From: Blastocladiella emersonii ATCC 22665
Lineage: Eukaryota > Fungi > Blastocladiomycota
Direction: 5' to 3'
Assembly: GCA_025594325.1 (NCBI GenBank)
Contig: JANHCV010000010.1
Span: 496,001-560,000, forward strand
DNA length: 64,000 nucleotides
Below the pieces are notes generated by a model, which was not told where the DNA came from, did no database searches, and saw nothing but the letters and a program-made list of their open reading frames with translations. The position numbers and the translations under genes were made by a program. Every line of letters begins with the position of its first letter. The first letter of the stretch is position 1. Below are positions 10,593 through 22,336 of the stretch, in pieces.

Positions 10593-12266
10593 ACGACACT
10601 CACTATCCATGCACCGCGCATCGTGCAACGTATCTTGCTCTATGCTGTCCGCTTCCACGAGCCCAAGGACGACACGGTCGGCCTGATGCAGTACGCCCGC
10701 GTCGCGCGGCGGGCCGACATCCCCGAGGTGACGGCCGAGATTCTGTGTGTCTGCCCTAACTTCTCCATGGATCTTGCCAGCACCTACGGCAACGTGGCCG
10801 TGCTCGATCTGTGGCTCGAACTCGGCCTCAAACCCGTTTACACCGCGGCAGCACTGTGCGGGGCGTGCGATCGCCTTGAGTTCGCGGTCCTCCGCTGGTG
10901 GCGCGACTCGGGTCTTCCGCTGCGCATCGGGAGCACGAGCTACCGTTTCTTTGAAGTGGCACGTGCGGTCATTGGGCTTCGTTTTGTCAACCGCGAGGAA
11001 AAGGCGCGCGGGGTACGTTGTGAGCTTGCTTGCTCGCCCACTCGTGCCAACCAATGGTCGCTCACTCGTTCATACTCTACCCGATAGAGACGTTTGTCCA
11101 AGTGGACGTCCGTTGACAATCTTTGGCTCGCCAAGCCCGATCCGAACGAATTCGTTGAACAGGCCGACGACGGAGCGTGCACGCTGACCGTCGGCCCTGG
11201 CTCAATCACGCCCGCTGGCATCGAGGCTCTCAACTGGTCGCTCGCAAGTTACTGCCACGAGATCAATGTGATCAAGTTTACGCCAAGCAACGCGTCAATC
11301 GATTTGCTGCGTCAGCTCCAGCCCTCTGCCAACATCTCACACTTGACGCTTGAAGGCTTTCCCCACAGCGTGCCGGCGACCCCCGGCGCCGGCTCGCGGC
11401 TTCCCAGGTCGGTGCGAGGCCTGACTCTCCGTTGCTCGTGGCTCGATCCTCGCCATGATCGCACGCTTCAGGAGCTCCTACCTGTGCTGACCGAGGAAGT
11501 TGCGTTCAAGCGATACGATTTCTCTCAGCTCAATGCCAAGTCGAAGCACTTTTCGCACTTCCGCGCCAGCATGCACATGCTCGATCTCAACCGAGTCCGC
11601 TTCCATCGCTCATCGCGGATTTCTGGCGCCACGGCCGCCGAAGACTCGCCCGCGCCGGCTGTTCTCGCGCTCGCAAAGTACCTGCCAGCTTCGCTTCGAT
11701 GCCTCCGCTTTGCCTTTTGCGACTTCACCTTGGCCGACATTCGCGTGCTCGCCCCGAAACTACCGCGCCGTCTCCAGCAACTTGGCTTTGGCGAGAAATG
11801 CAAGTTTGGCGCCGAGGGAGTGCGTGTCCTCGTTCCTCACCTTCCGCCGACGCTCAAGGAACTGGTTCTCGCTGGATTTGGCCTGGACGGCGACTGCTTC
11901 TCCATCCTCGCTGGCGCGAACCTATCGGGTCTCCAAGAGATTGACCTCGGCGGGTGCGACTGCACTCGAATGGAGCCGGTGCTCGAGTTCATGGGTACGC
12001 TGCGAAACTTGCAGGTCCTATGCATTTCGTTGGCGGGACTTGACGACCACCGATTTGGTCAGCTGCTTTCCCGCCTCCCGCACACCATCAAGGCTTTGTT
12101 CCTCGCGGGCAATCCGATCACTGATGCCAGCATCAAGTCAATCGTCAAGTTTGCAGCCCGCTGTGAGCCGTACATGCAAATCTTCCTGACCGGAACGCGC
12201 GTCACTGACCAGGGTGCTGCGCGGCTTCGTGCGGTTTATCCCCCGATTCTCGTCGAGACTGAGTAG
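10593..12266 (+). CDS. LRR family B copy 1: F-box-like N-terminus, ankyrin-like repeats, RNI-like LRRs
   Basis: Exon to 11012, phase-0 intron 11013-11087 (GTACGT...GCTCAC...TAG), exon 11088-12266 in frame. Repeats such as LPxxLxxLxLxxN/C. The codon aligned to the paralog's ATG is ACG; next ATG at 10686. Confidence 0.8.
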
Positions 12267-12479
12267 TTTTCGTGTGTTGTCCCCAGTTGATTATTGTGTG
12301 ATACAGTTGTTTGCCTTCGTTCGTGACTTGACGGAGTAGGCTTTAGCAACTTTTCTCCCGGTTTGCAGGACTTGGAGAGCTCTCGCGCGATGCAATCACG
12401 GACGACAACGTCAAAGCGATTGCCTTGTTAGTCAGTGAGGCGGATCAGATGTTATTGGCATATATGTGGTAGAGCGAGA

Positions 12480-14249
12480 TTAAATGTAGGATGGAATCCA
12501 TGCAAAGGAAGCAATGTCAAAATTGCCTTCTAGGCTAATTTCCACCAGCGACTCAGGCGCCGCAGCACGAACTGCTTGTTCTCCCGCTTGGCTAAGGCGG
12601 TTCTTAGCTAACGAGAGCTTGGTTAGGCCACGAGGAAAATTTGCGGAGAGCGCCGCTGCGCCAGTATCAGTGATGTCGTTGTCACCCAGATCGAGCTCCA
12701 AGAGTTGGGCAGGCAGTCCTGAAACAAGTAAACCAACGGTTTCGTCATCCAGATGTGTTCGCTGAAGCTTCAAGATCTCGAGGCTTAGTGGCATATGCGT
12801 CGCCAGAATCTTTGCGCGGGATGCGTCGACCTTGGCTGATGAGAAATTGAACTGGCGCAGCGAGCGAGGAAGACACGAGAAAAGCGTTTGGGGGCCGTTC
12901 TGCGAAAAATGGGCGTAATCGACGTTGAGGATCTCAAGATTGACTGGCAGGTTCTTGGCAAGCGACTCGACGGCATCGTCGCGACGCAGATTAGCGCTGC
13001 TGACATCCAAGTGGACCAGAGATTGTGGAAGGGATGCGAACAAAGTTGCGGCTTCAGGCGAAGCGAAGTCTCCATACCCAAGGTCTAACACCTCGAGCTC
13101 GCTGAGCTGGGAGAGAGCGCGCCCAAACGCGATGGTGCCTGGTGCATCCAACTTGAGGCGGTGAAGCTTTAGCTGGCGCAATGACGAGGGAAGCGACCAC
13201 CCCTTCCACGTCGCGTCACGGTTTTTCCGCTTGTCTACTCGGCAATCAAAGGCGAGATACATGAGGGAAGACGGCAAAAGAGGCCCAGCGAGAGCAAGTC
13301 CCGCCTCAGTGAAGCGGTTCCACAAAACGTCAAGTCGCTCGAGTTTGCGAGGGAGGGCGCGGGCAATGCCAAAAAGCTTACAATCGTCAAACGAGCAGGC
13401 TTTTAAGGTAAGGTTGCGAAGCGTTGGCGGTAAGTGAGTGAGTAGTTGGTAAAGCTCGTCGGACACGCGAGTCACTGCGTGAGTAATCACGAGTGACGTC
13501 AAGTTGGCTGGCCAAAAGTTTGAGCGCGGAGCCAGACGTAACGGCCTGACTCCTGGCCAAACGCTGTCAAGCTTTAGTTCGACCAGAGAATCGGGCAGCT
13601 CAAGCGCAAAAACTCGCTTGGTGTCGAGGGTGCTTTCCTTGAAACAGAGCTTGTTCAATTTTTGCGATTTGCTTGCCATCGCCTCGTTCAGCAGGTGAAT
13701 TCCGTCAAGAGATATCGCCTGCTTTGTAAAGTCGAGTTGCGTCGTGTTACCCGTAACAATGTCGTCGATTGAAGCGCGGATGCTGCTGTCCACTGGCGGG
13801 ATAGTTTCAAGGATAGATTCCGAGTCGATGTTGTCGTCGTCAACAAATCGGAGATCCAAGCCGAGGGCAACGAGTTGGTGATCATCACAATCGCGGAGCA
13901 AAACGTCGTGTTCGTCGGGATCAATCAAGCCAATGTCCCGCCAAAACTCAATAACTCCGAGAAAGCCGCGATCGAAAGCCTCGTACAATACAAAGGGAGA
14001 GCACTTGAGTGGTAGTCCGAGGGCAGCGCGGCGCTGAAGTGCGGCGAGATTGCCAAACTTGGTCGCACGTTTGGGCGAGAGGCTCGGTGCACGCAAGATC
14101 ATTGCCCGTTCGACCTGCGGAATGAGCTTTCTCGGCATGACGCGCGCGTATTGCGCCAGTCCCGGGATGTCGTCGGGGTCGGGGTGAAGCCAAACCGCGT
14201 GGACAAGGATCCGCTCTATGATTTCGGGAGCATAAACAGCCTTAAACAT
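12480..14249 (-). CDS. LRR family A copy 2, 589 aa, intronless
   Basis: Open ORF. N-terminal APEIIERILVHAV (F-box-like), VIEFWRDIGL (ankyrin-like), about 10 LPxSLxxLxL repeats. Confidence 0.85.
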   Translation of the reverse strand: MFKAVYAPEIIERILVHAVWLHPDPDDIPGLAQYARVMPRKLIPQVERAMILRAPSLSPKRATKFGNLAALQRRAALGLPLKCSPFVLYEAFDRGFLGVIEFWRDIGLIDPDEHDVLLRDCDDHQLVALGLDLRFVDDDNIDSESILETIPPVDSSIRASIDDIVTGNTTQLDFTKQAISLDGIHLLNEAMASKSQKLNKLCFKESTLDTKRVFALELPDSLVELKLDSVWPGVRPLRLAPRSNFWPANLTSLVITHAVTRVSDELYQLLTHLPPTLRNLTLKACSFDDCKLFGIARALPRKLERLDVLWNRFTEAGLALAGPLLPSSLMYLAFDCRVDKRKNRDATWKGWSLPSSLRQLKLHRLKLDAPGTIAFGRALSQLSELEVLDLGYGDFASPEAATLFASLPQSLVHLDVSSANLRRDDAVESLAKNLPVNLEILNVDYAHFSQNGPQTLFSCLPRSLRQFNFSSAKVDASRAKILATHMPLSLEILKLQRTHLDDETVGLLVSGLPAQLLELDLGDNDITDTGAAALSANFPRGLTKLSLAKNRLSQAGEQAVRAAAPESLVEISLEGNFDIASFAWIPSYI

Positions 14250-14433
14250 GTTGCATCAAGTTTCCATCGACCATTTGCTAAACTGTTGAGGTGGCAGGGG
14301 AGAGCGGGCAGGCGTCACAGGCCTTCGAACTTTGAAGAAACTGCTTGCGCCACCACGTGAGCGCATTTTTCGCCTCTTCACCTCTTTCAGCTCGCTTGCA
14401 GGCTTTCGCTCTCTCACCCCATCGACTAACGCA

Positions 14434-15750
14434 ATGAAGCTCACCGTACATGTACCACACATCACGCAACGCATCTTGCTCTCTGCTGTCCGCTTCCATG
14501 AGCCCAAGGACGACACGGTCGGCCTGATGCAGTACGCCCGTGTCGCGCGCCGGGATGAGATTCCCCATGTGACGGCCGAAATTCTGCGTGTCTGCCCAAA
14601 CTTCTCCATGGACGCGGCGAGCATGTACGGCAACGTCGCCGTGCTTGACCTCTGGCTCGAGCTTGGTCTGAAGCCAGTTTATACCGAGGCCGCACTGCGC
14701 GGAGCGTGCAAATGCCCTCAACTTATCGTGTTGCGGTGGTGGCGAGATTCAGGTCTTCCGCTTCGTATCCCGGACATGGACATCATAGCGTCGGGGTTAG
14801 CCATTTCAATTATTGGACACCGGTTAGTTCATGCTATGGAGGCGGCACGTGGGGTACGGTGCCTGTATTCGCCCGTTATCGCAGACTGTGCAAACTAAAC
14901 CCGCGCTTCGTTTTCGGAGCTGACACCGCTCTCGACATGGGAGCCAATTGATAGCTTTGGCTCGCCGAGCCTGGTCCCGATCCACTTGGAACAGCCATCG
15001 AGGTGGGGGAAGAGGATGGACGAGGGTACGCTTTGAACATCGGCCTCGGCCCGATTACTGCCGTGGGGATTCAAGCACTTGATCGGACCCTGGCGGCCCG
15101 GTCCCACCATATCAAGATGATCAATTTTATGCCCAGCAACGCCTCAATTGACTTGGTGCGACAGCTTCGCCCATCGCCAGGGATCTCAACAGTGAGCCTT
15201 CGCGCATTCCATCATGACCAGCCTGCCACCCCTGGCGTTGGCTCGCGACTTCCAGAGACGGTGAAAGAGATTCAACTTTCGAGCTCGCGGCTCGATCCAG
15301 GACACAAGGAAACGTTCCTGAAAATATTGCCGCGGGAACTCGAGACGCTCAGTGTGCACAGCTACGATCTTTCGCAGCTGAGCGCCATGTCGATGCATTT
15401 CTCACACCTCAATCCTAGTCTCCGCCAGCTAGCCTTTGGCCTCACTCGCTTCCATCGCCACTCACCAATTTTCGGCTTGGAACGCGCGATCGAGCGGCCC
15501 GTCGCCGCAATCGCTGCGCTCGCTCAGTTTCTCCCGGCCGCGCTTCGCGAGCTATATTTCTACGATTGTGATCTCACCCTTGCCGACGTTCGCGCTCTGG
15601 CTCCACACTTACCGAGAAGCCTCGAATCTCTTTCGATGGACGGGAGCTGCACGTTGGAAGCGGACGGAATGATCGCGCTCGCGCTATACCTTCCATTGAC
15701 GCTGAAGGGCTTGCTGCTCGGTGATTGCTCGCTCAACTCTCTCTTCACCG
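14434..15750 (+). pseudogene. LRR family B copy 2, 3'-truncated
   Basis: MKLTVHVPHITQRILLSAVRFHEPKDDTVGLMQYARV closely matches copy 1, with the same intron donor (14854). Similarity to copy 1 ends abruptly near 15750; the last ~130 aa of LRRs are missing and the ORF runs on in unrelated sequence to 16064. Confidence 0.7.
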
Positions 15751-16269
15751 GGACCATGAACTTGATCTGTAAGACGATGGGAGGTAGAGAAACGGATGAA
15801 AAGCGCCGTGGGGCAACAGAGTGCTCACGTCCGCGGCGGGGGTTGCGGCCTCGACTTCAAGGCGATGGGGAAACGGGCGGCGAGTCACCGGGTGCGGTCG
15901 GCCGCGAAGAGCCCATTCTGCGGCGGTGGGGATCACGGAGAGATCACCGCACGCGCGAGCGCGTGGCCCAAGCTTCAAGCGCGTCGCGTGACACGGGTCC
16001 AACGAGATGTCCTGGTGACTGCAGCACCCCTTCGACGACAAGGCATCACAAGGATAGCAGCTAAGACATGAACGTAGGACCCTACTGCCGCGACGAAGCC
16101 GGCCGACGCGACCCAGCGCCGACCGCGGACGCGTCGGTCATCGGCGCGACGCGCCACGTGCGCACGTGACGCCGTCCAAGTCACCGCGCCGCTTCGTCAG
16201 AGCGCGCCGGCCGCCGCCGCCTCTCCCGCTCCCCACGCAACGGCGAGAGACTACGCAACTCCCCGCAAC

Positions 16270-17599
16270 ATGGTTCGCACATGGATGGCACTCGGCGCAC
16301 GGTGATGGAACCGGCTCGCTCACGATGCGAGGCGGCGCGGCGTAGGATCACCTCTTTGGCGGCTTTGGCAGCGCCGGGTTCGGCTTTGGCGGGAATGGCA
16401 CGGGCACCTTTTCGGAATACGTGTGTCTTGCTACCACCGGGGAGGCTAGGTTTCGATGTCTTACGCGAGTCGTGGATGTGTAGTACCGGTGCTACTCGGT
16501 GGCGATGGCGCCAGGCAAGGAGCGCGAGACGCTGAACCACGGGTCCGGAGGTGCGCCCGCTTCTCACATCGGCGCTCTTGTGCAGCGTTGCTGACCACGT
16601 CTCACACACTAGTCATTCTCCCGCCATCGGCCCTCGCCAAGCTGAGTACGCCTCCCGACCCGCCCGCCCGCCGACGAGACGCCCAAACTTACCCGCCCAC
16701 TCGCTTGTAGCCCAGTACAACGTGACGACGCCGTACAAGTTTGCGCTGACCAACGAGCAGACGCAGAAGACGACGCACGCGAGCGTGCTCGAGTTCATTG
16801 CCGAGGAGGGCCGCATCTACCTCCCGCGGTGGATGATGGCGACGCTGGGCGCCGGCGAGGGCAGCCTGCTGCAGGTCAAGTCGGCGACGCTGCCGCGTGG
16901 CAAGTTTGTCAAGATCCAGCCGCAGAGCGTCGCGTTCCTCGATATCTCGGATCCCAAGGCTGTGTACGTGAGCGACCGCACTGCGACGAAGCCCGTCGAC
17001 TCACTCGCACGTCCGTGTGTAGCCTCGAGCGCGCGTTCCGCAGCTACCTCGCCATGACGCTGGGCGACAAGCTGTCGTTCGTGTACGCGGACCGCGAGTA
17101 CCAGATCGAGGTGCTGGAGCTGAAGCCGTCGCACGCCGTGTCGCTGATCGACACGGACCTCGAGGTCGACTTCGCGCCGCCCGTCGGGTACGTGGAGCCG
17201 TCGCTGCAGCGCCCCGGCAGCGCCGGGTCCGGGCTCGGCGGCAGCCACGCGAGCGTGCGCGACGAGATTCTGCAGCACGTGGTCGTCGAGAAGCGCGGAT
17301 GGGACCTGCTGTCGTCGGGCCAGCGGCTCAACGGCAAGTCGGCGACGGCCGTCTCGGGCAACCAGAAGCGCGCCCGCGGCACCGGCTCCCTCGTCAACGC
17401 CGACGAGATCCGGCCCTCGCTCGACGGCGAGACCCCGCTCCCGCTCCGGCTGCCCCTCGGCCAGCTGTTCTTTGGGTTCAACGTGCCGTCCGCGACGGGC
17501 GGCGCAGCGGGCGGCGAAGGGGATGATGGCGAGCCCAAGTTCAAGGGTGAGGGCAACATGCTCAAGAGCAAGAAGGGTAAGGGCCGGATGAACAAGTAG
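16270..17599 (+). CDS. UFD1: Ubiquitin fusion degradation protein 1
   Basis: ATG-only exon 1, then exons DHLFGG...FSEY / YRCYSVAMAPG / VILPPSALAKL / THASVLEFIAEEGRIYLPRWMM...KIQPQS..FLDISDPKAV / LERAFRSY...LIDTDLEVDFAPPVGYVEP, and C-terminal FKGEGNML (SHP-box-like). Confidence 0.93.
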
Positions 17600-17670
17600 G
17601 TTTCCGGGAGGGACGGCGACCGGAGATGTTCATAATGTACACTTTCGATTCGAAGGATGGATGATACAGC

Positions 17671-18205
17671 TCAGAGCCCGCGGCCGGCGTACGTCGACCA
17701 CTCGGACCACATCCACACCATGGAGACGCCTACACGCTGGATCAGTACGCGGTCGCGAGCGGAGGCGGCGTGCGGGCGACAGCGTACTCGACACGATGAA
17801 CGGCGACAGCGTCTTGCCCGTGAGCTTGGCCGTCTTGAAGATGAACACCTCGGACGCAAAGTGCGAGAACGCGATGACGAACGACGCGAACGTCATGCGG
17901 TACATGCTACATCCCCCTCAGGGTGTCAGCCTATCCCCACACCTTCTCCCGCGCGAACGAACGTACGAGGCGTTGTAGAGGTCGTAAGCGCACAGCAGTC
18001 GCGCGACGGCGGACGTGATGTTCCAAATCCCAAAAAGGCGGCCGGCGAGCTCGGTGGTGCCCGTCTGGTACAGCATGCGCGAGTACTGGACCGGGTTCAG
18101 CACGCCGTTGATGCCGCTCGCCAGCGCGATCGCCGAGATCCCCGCGAGCCACCGGCCCAGGTTCTCGACGGGCAGGATCGCGAGCGCGGAGTCGACGAGT
18201 GACAT
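17671..18205 (-). CDS. ERG28: Ergosterol-pathway scaffold Erg28
   Basis: LGRWLAGIS...TELAGRLFGIWNITSAVARLLCAYD / YRMTFASFVIAFSHFASEVFIFKTA...SPFIVS / SMVWMW; three exons. Confidence 0.9.
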
Positions 18206-18440
18206 TGCAATGGTTGGTGGTGGTGTGCGGGAGAGGGGAGAGAGAGGGAAGCGTGCGCCCCGGATGAAGAAGGCAGGGACGGATGGATCGGCAACGGAGA
18301 CGCGTGGAGCGCACGTGGCGGTCGGCGGCGCGTGTCGGCGCCACGTTGCAGCCGGTCCCTCGCCGCCGCCCAAGGACGCCCACTTTCCCTCTCCCCCGCT
18401 CTTGCAATCCGATCCCGCACCCTTGCAACGTATCACCATA

Positions 18441-19401
18441 ATGTCCAACGACTGGAGCCACAAGGCGCACCCCGACACCCTCGTCCTGTTCGACGTGGAC
18501 GGCACGCTGACGCCCGCCCGCAAGGTGTGCGCCCGCCTGATCCACCACTCGCGGCACCCTCGCGGACGCTGACCGTGTCCGGTTTCCTCGCCTAGATCGT
18601 GTCCAAGGAGGTCCTCGACACGCTGGCGCGCCTCAAGTCCAAGGTGGTCGTCGGGTTCGTCGGCGGGAGCGATCTGCCCAAGCAGTTTGAGCAGCTCGGC
18701 GAGAACGGTACGCCGGCCAGCGTTCACGTCGTGCGTGTTGTTGCTGACGGCGTTGTGTGCCCGTCTTGTAGCGCTGGAGATGTTCGACTTCTGCTTTTCG
18801 GAGAACGGGCTGACGGCGTACCGGCTGGGCAAGCAGCTCGCGTCGCAGTCGTTCATCAACTACCTCGGCGAGGACAAGTACAAGCGGCTGGCCAACTTTA
18901 TCCTGCGCTACATTGCCGACCTCGACCTTCCCGTCAAGCGGTACGCTTCCCTGACACCCGCTCGCGAGTCCCCACAAACTCACCCCCACCCGCGTCCCCC
19001 GTAGCGGCACCTTCATCGAGTTCCGCAACGGCATGATCAACGTGTCGCCGATCGGGCGCAACTGCAGCCACCCGGAGCGCGACGCGTTCGAGGCCTACGA
19101 CAAGGTCCACGGCGTGCGCGCGGCCATGGTGGCGGCGCTGCGCCGCGAGTTTGCGGACCTCGACCTGACCTACTCGATCGGCGGCCAGATCTCGTTCGAC
19201 GTGTTCCCGACCGGCTGGGACAAGACGTACTGCCTGCGCCACGTGCGGCCCGAGGGGTTCAAGACCATCCACTTCTTTGGCGACAAGACGCACCAGGGCG
19301 GTAACGACTACGAGATCTTCACCCACCCGGACGTTGTCGGCCACGCCGTCAAGTCGCCCGACGACACGCTGCGGATCCTCGCCGAGCTGTTCCAGGTCTG
19401 A
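18441..19401 (+). CDS. SEC53: Phosphomannomutase (HAD family)
   Basis: [91 protein letters not shown]; three introns. Confidence 0.96.
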
Positions 19402-19493
19402 TTTGACGAGGAGAGATGTGTGTGTGAGAAGCACGGAAATTTATACAGAATAACAATGACAACAATGGACATCCCGAGCGAACGTCAGGCCGC

Positions 19494-20709
19494 TCAGTTG
19501 CCGGGGTTGTTGAACAGCCACTCGATGGCCGCGTGCACGTTGCCGCCCGTGAGCTGCAGCGCGCGCAGGTTGCGCTCGGGCTCGAGCATGCCCATCTCGG
19601 CGAGCTGCTGCAGCTGCGTCGCGTACCGCTCCTCGGGCGGGATCGACGGCTGCTGCGACGCCGCGGCACCGGGCATACCGCCACCGGCCAGGAGCGCCGC
19701 GAACGGGTTGAAGGCACCTGCGCCAGCACCGGCGGCGAACGGGTTACCCGCGGCAGCAGCACCAGCGCCCGTCGGCGAGGTCGGGTTGGCGGCAGCGCCC
19801 GCACCGGCGCCGAGAGCAGCGAACGGGTTGGCAGCGCCCGCCGTCGACATGCTCGGCATCATGCCGGGCATCCCGCCGGCGCCGCCCGCGGCCGCCATGG
19901 ACAGCATGCCCTGCAGCATGGCCGGGTTCGACATGACCGACTGCAGCATGGTGCGGGTCTCGGGCGTCATGAGCCCCGCGAGCATCGGGTTGCTGGCGAC
20001 GATCTGGTCAAGGACTTGTGGGTTCTACGGGAGGGGATCGGGGGTCAGTCGGAAGCTCGCGAGGGGCTGATGCTGAGAGGAGTAGAGACGCACCGACATC
20101 ATCTGGGACATCATCTGCATCATCATCGGGTTCGAGAGCATGGCGTTGACCTGCGCTGGGTCCATGCCCATGCCGCCCATGCCACCCATACCGCCCATGC
20201 CACCGAAACCGCCCATGCCGCCGAGGGCACCGAGACCGCCGAGACCAGCGGCACCCGCGCCGCCCGCACCCGCACCGAGACCGGCAAAGGTGGCGAACGG
20301 GTTGGCCACAGCCGCGGGAGTCGTCGCCGAAGTCGGGGTCGGCGTGGGCGTCGCGGTCGCGGCCGTCGGGGACGCAGCAGCAGCGCCGGCGGCGGGGGCA
20401 GCGGGCGCGTTGCGCGGGACGCTCTTGACGACGTGAACCGTGTTTCCCTCGGCCTGCAGGTACGCGCGCGCGCGTGTGTCAGCAACCGCTCCCACCCGCC
20501 ATCCGCGAACCGGGACGCACCAGGTTGTAGGTGGCGAGCACGTCCTCGTCCTTGAGCACGCGGCCCGAGAAGATGACGCGCTGCTGGCCCGCCGGGTAGT
20601 CGGGCAGCGCCGCGGCGATCGCCGCCTTGAGGTCGGCCACCGTCTTGTCGAGCTCGATGGTGACGGTCGTCTTGGCCTCGGACGACGAGCGGATGTTGAT
20701 GGTGACCAT
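19494..20709 (-). CDS. DSK2: Ubiquilin/Dsk2-like UBL-STI1-UBA protein
   Basis: N-terminal UBL ([22 protein letters not shown]), Met/Gly-rich STI1-like middle, C-terminal UBA ([17 protein letters not shown]...[20 protein letters not shown]); two introns. Confidence 0.9.
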
Positions 20710-20948
20710 GGTGATGCGTAGCAGGGAGTCGTGGGATCGCTGAGCAGGGGAGGGGGGGAAGGAGAAGGCGAAGGCGGAAGCGAATCGGCACGGCGACGCG
20801 GCGCCGAAGCGGGAAGACGTGGCGGATCACGCTCCCGTGAGCGGCACGCGACGCGGAGGCGAACCGCGTGGCGCCGCTCGCCGATCCCCTTCGCCCGCGA
20901 GCACGGCCCTCTCTCGTTGAACGACTTGATGCAACCGCTTCAAAGGCC

Positions 20949-22289
20949 ATGAATCAAGCAACGTCTCCATGCAATCTGATGAACGAGCCTCTTGCACCCA
21001 TGCGACGACTTCCAATCGAGCTCGTCGAGACCATCCTTATCGCCGCCGTCCGCAAGGAGCGGGACAGATTCGATCCGCTGCCGTACTTGCGCGTGGCGCC
21101 GGGCATGACTCAGCTTCGCCGTGTTGTCTTCAACCTCAACTTTTCGCCCTCCTTTTATGCAGCCGAGTGCAGATCGAGCATCCCGTTGCTTAAAGAGTAC
21201 CTTCAATACCGTGGACCGGCCAAGCTTGATATCGGTTTTGCGCCTCTCATGGATGCCTGTCAAAAAGGGCGCGTTGACATGCTTGAGTGGTGGCAGCAGG
21301 CTGGTTTGCCAATGACCATGCACCGTTCGTACTTCGCGACGAAACACATCCCTGTCCTCGAATTTTGGCGCAGCGCAGGTGCCGATATTCGCGAAAACGA
21401 GTGTTCAGTTAATCGTGCTGCCGAAAACGGCTGGCTTCACGTCCTGGACTGGTGGAGGGAGAGCGGGCTGGAGCTTACGTATTCTGTGGATGCCATCGAT
21501 CAAGCTGTGCGCACTAATCGCATTGAAGTCTTGGACTGGTTTGCTTCCCACGGGCTGGAGATCAAGCACGACTGGGCGCTCTTCTACGCGACTTGCGGCA
21601 AACGTTTCCACATTCTGGATTGGTTCAAGGCACACGGTCTACCCATGAGTCCACCCGACCTCGATTTCACCTGGATTGACTCGCTTTCGCTCGATTGGTG
21701 GCGGCGCGAATGTCCCGACTGGTTTGCAAAGCTCCACTGGGACAAAATGATTACGGACGCTGTACATCGACCCACTCCTGAGCGTCTCGAGTGGATCCGC
21801 AGCTCCATGGTCCCCGCTGGCGACCCGAGGTGGTGCATCACACCCTCGTTGGTTGATCGAGCGTGCAGAGCTGGTCGAACACCTGTGCTTGCTTGGCTGA
21901 ACGAGAACTTGCCACCTTCCGCGCTCACATATACCGAGGCCGCGCTGGACGACGTCTTAGAGTCACTTAGCAAGCTATCTGTGCTTCAATGGTTTCACAG
22001 TACTGGACGAGAACTCAAGTACACCAGCGCTGCGCTCGAGAAATTCACCCAGTACGGCCAGATCGAGTATCTTCAATGGCTTGCGGACCATGACTACGAG
22101 CTCAAGTACGCTCCCGGCATCGGCAGTCGCGCTCTGATGCATGGACAGCAGCGAGTTGCTGCGTGGTGGCGAGCCACTGGGTTGCCCAACTGCTTCCTCG
22201 CGAGCGCGCAGGTCAAGTTCTCATCCGAAGCTATGTTGACGTGGGCTCAGGACAACGGCTTGGATGACGGATACCTGCTCGGCGATTGA
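20949..22289 (+). CDS. F-box-like + degenerate ankyrin-repeat protein
   Basis: Intronless ORF. LPIELVETIL motif followed by ~25-aa repeats such as AAENGWLHVLDWWRESGLELTY and AVRTNRIEVLDWFASHGLEIKH. Start codon uncertain (20949-21000). Confidence 0.75.
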   Translation: MNQATSPCNLMNEPLAPMRRLPIELVETILIAAVRKERDRFDPLPYLRVAPGMTQLRRVVFNLNFSPSFYAAECRSSIPLLKEYLQYRGPAKLDIGFAPLMDACQKGRVDMLEWWQQAGLPMTMHRSYFATKHIPVLEFWRSAGADIRENECSVNRAAENGWLHVLDWWRESGLELTYSVDAIDQAVRTNRIEVLDWFASHGLEIKHDWALFYATCGKRFHILDWFKAHGLPMSPPDLDFTWIDSLSLDWWRRECPDWFAKLHWDKMITDAVHRPTPERLEWIRSSMVPAGDPRWCITPSLVDRACRAGRTPVLAWLNENLPPSALTYTEAALDDVLESLSKLSVLQWFHSTGRELKYTSAALEKFTQYGQIEYLQWLADHDYELKYAPGIGSRALMHGQQRVAAWWRATGLPNCFLASAQVKFSSEAMLTWAQDNGLDDGYLLGD

Positions 22290-22336
22290 ATGAACACGGC
22301 ATTTCTGCTTTCAACAGCTCGGTGGCCCTTCGACAA

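Noticed and set aside
9657-15750. NLR immune receptors
   Set aside because: No P-loop NACHT/NB-ARC domain in any LRR gene here; only the pairing is analogous.
267-20709. Apparent clustering of secretory/ERAD genes (GDI1, ERV14, WBP1, UFD1, ERG28, SEC53, DSK2)
   Set aside because: Common housekeeping categories interrupted by unrelated genes; no shared motif found; chance is sufficient without synteny data.
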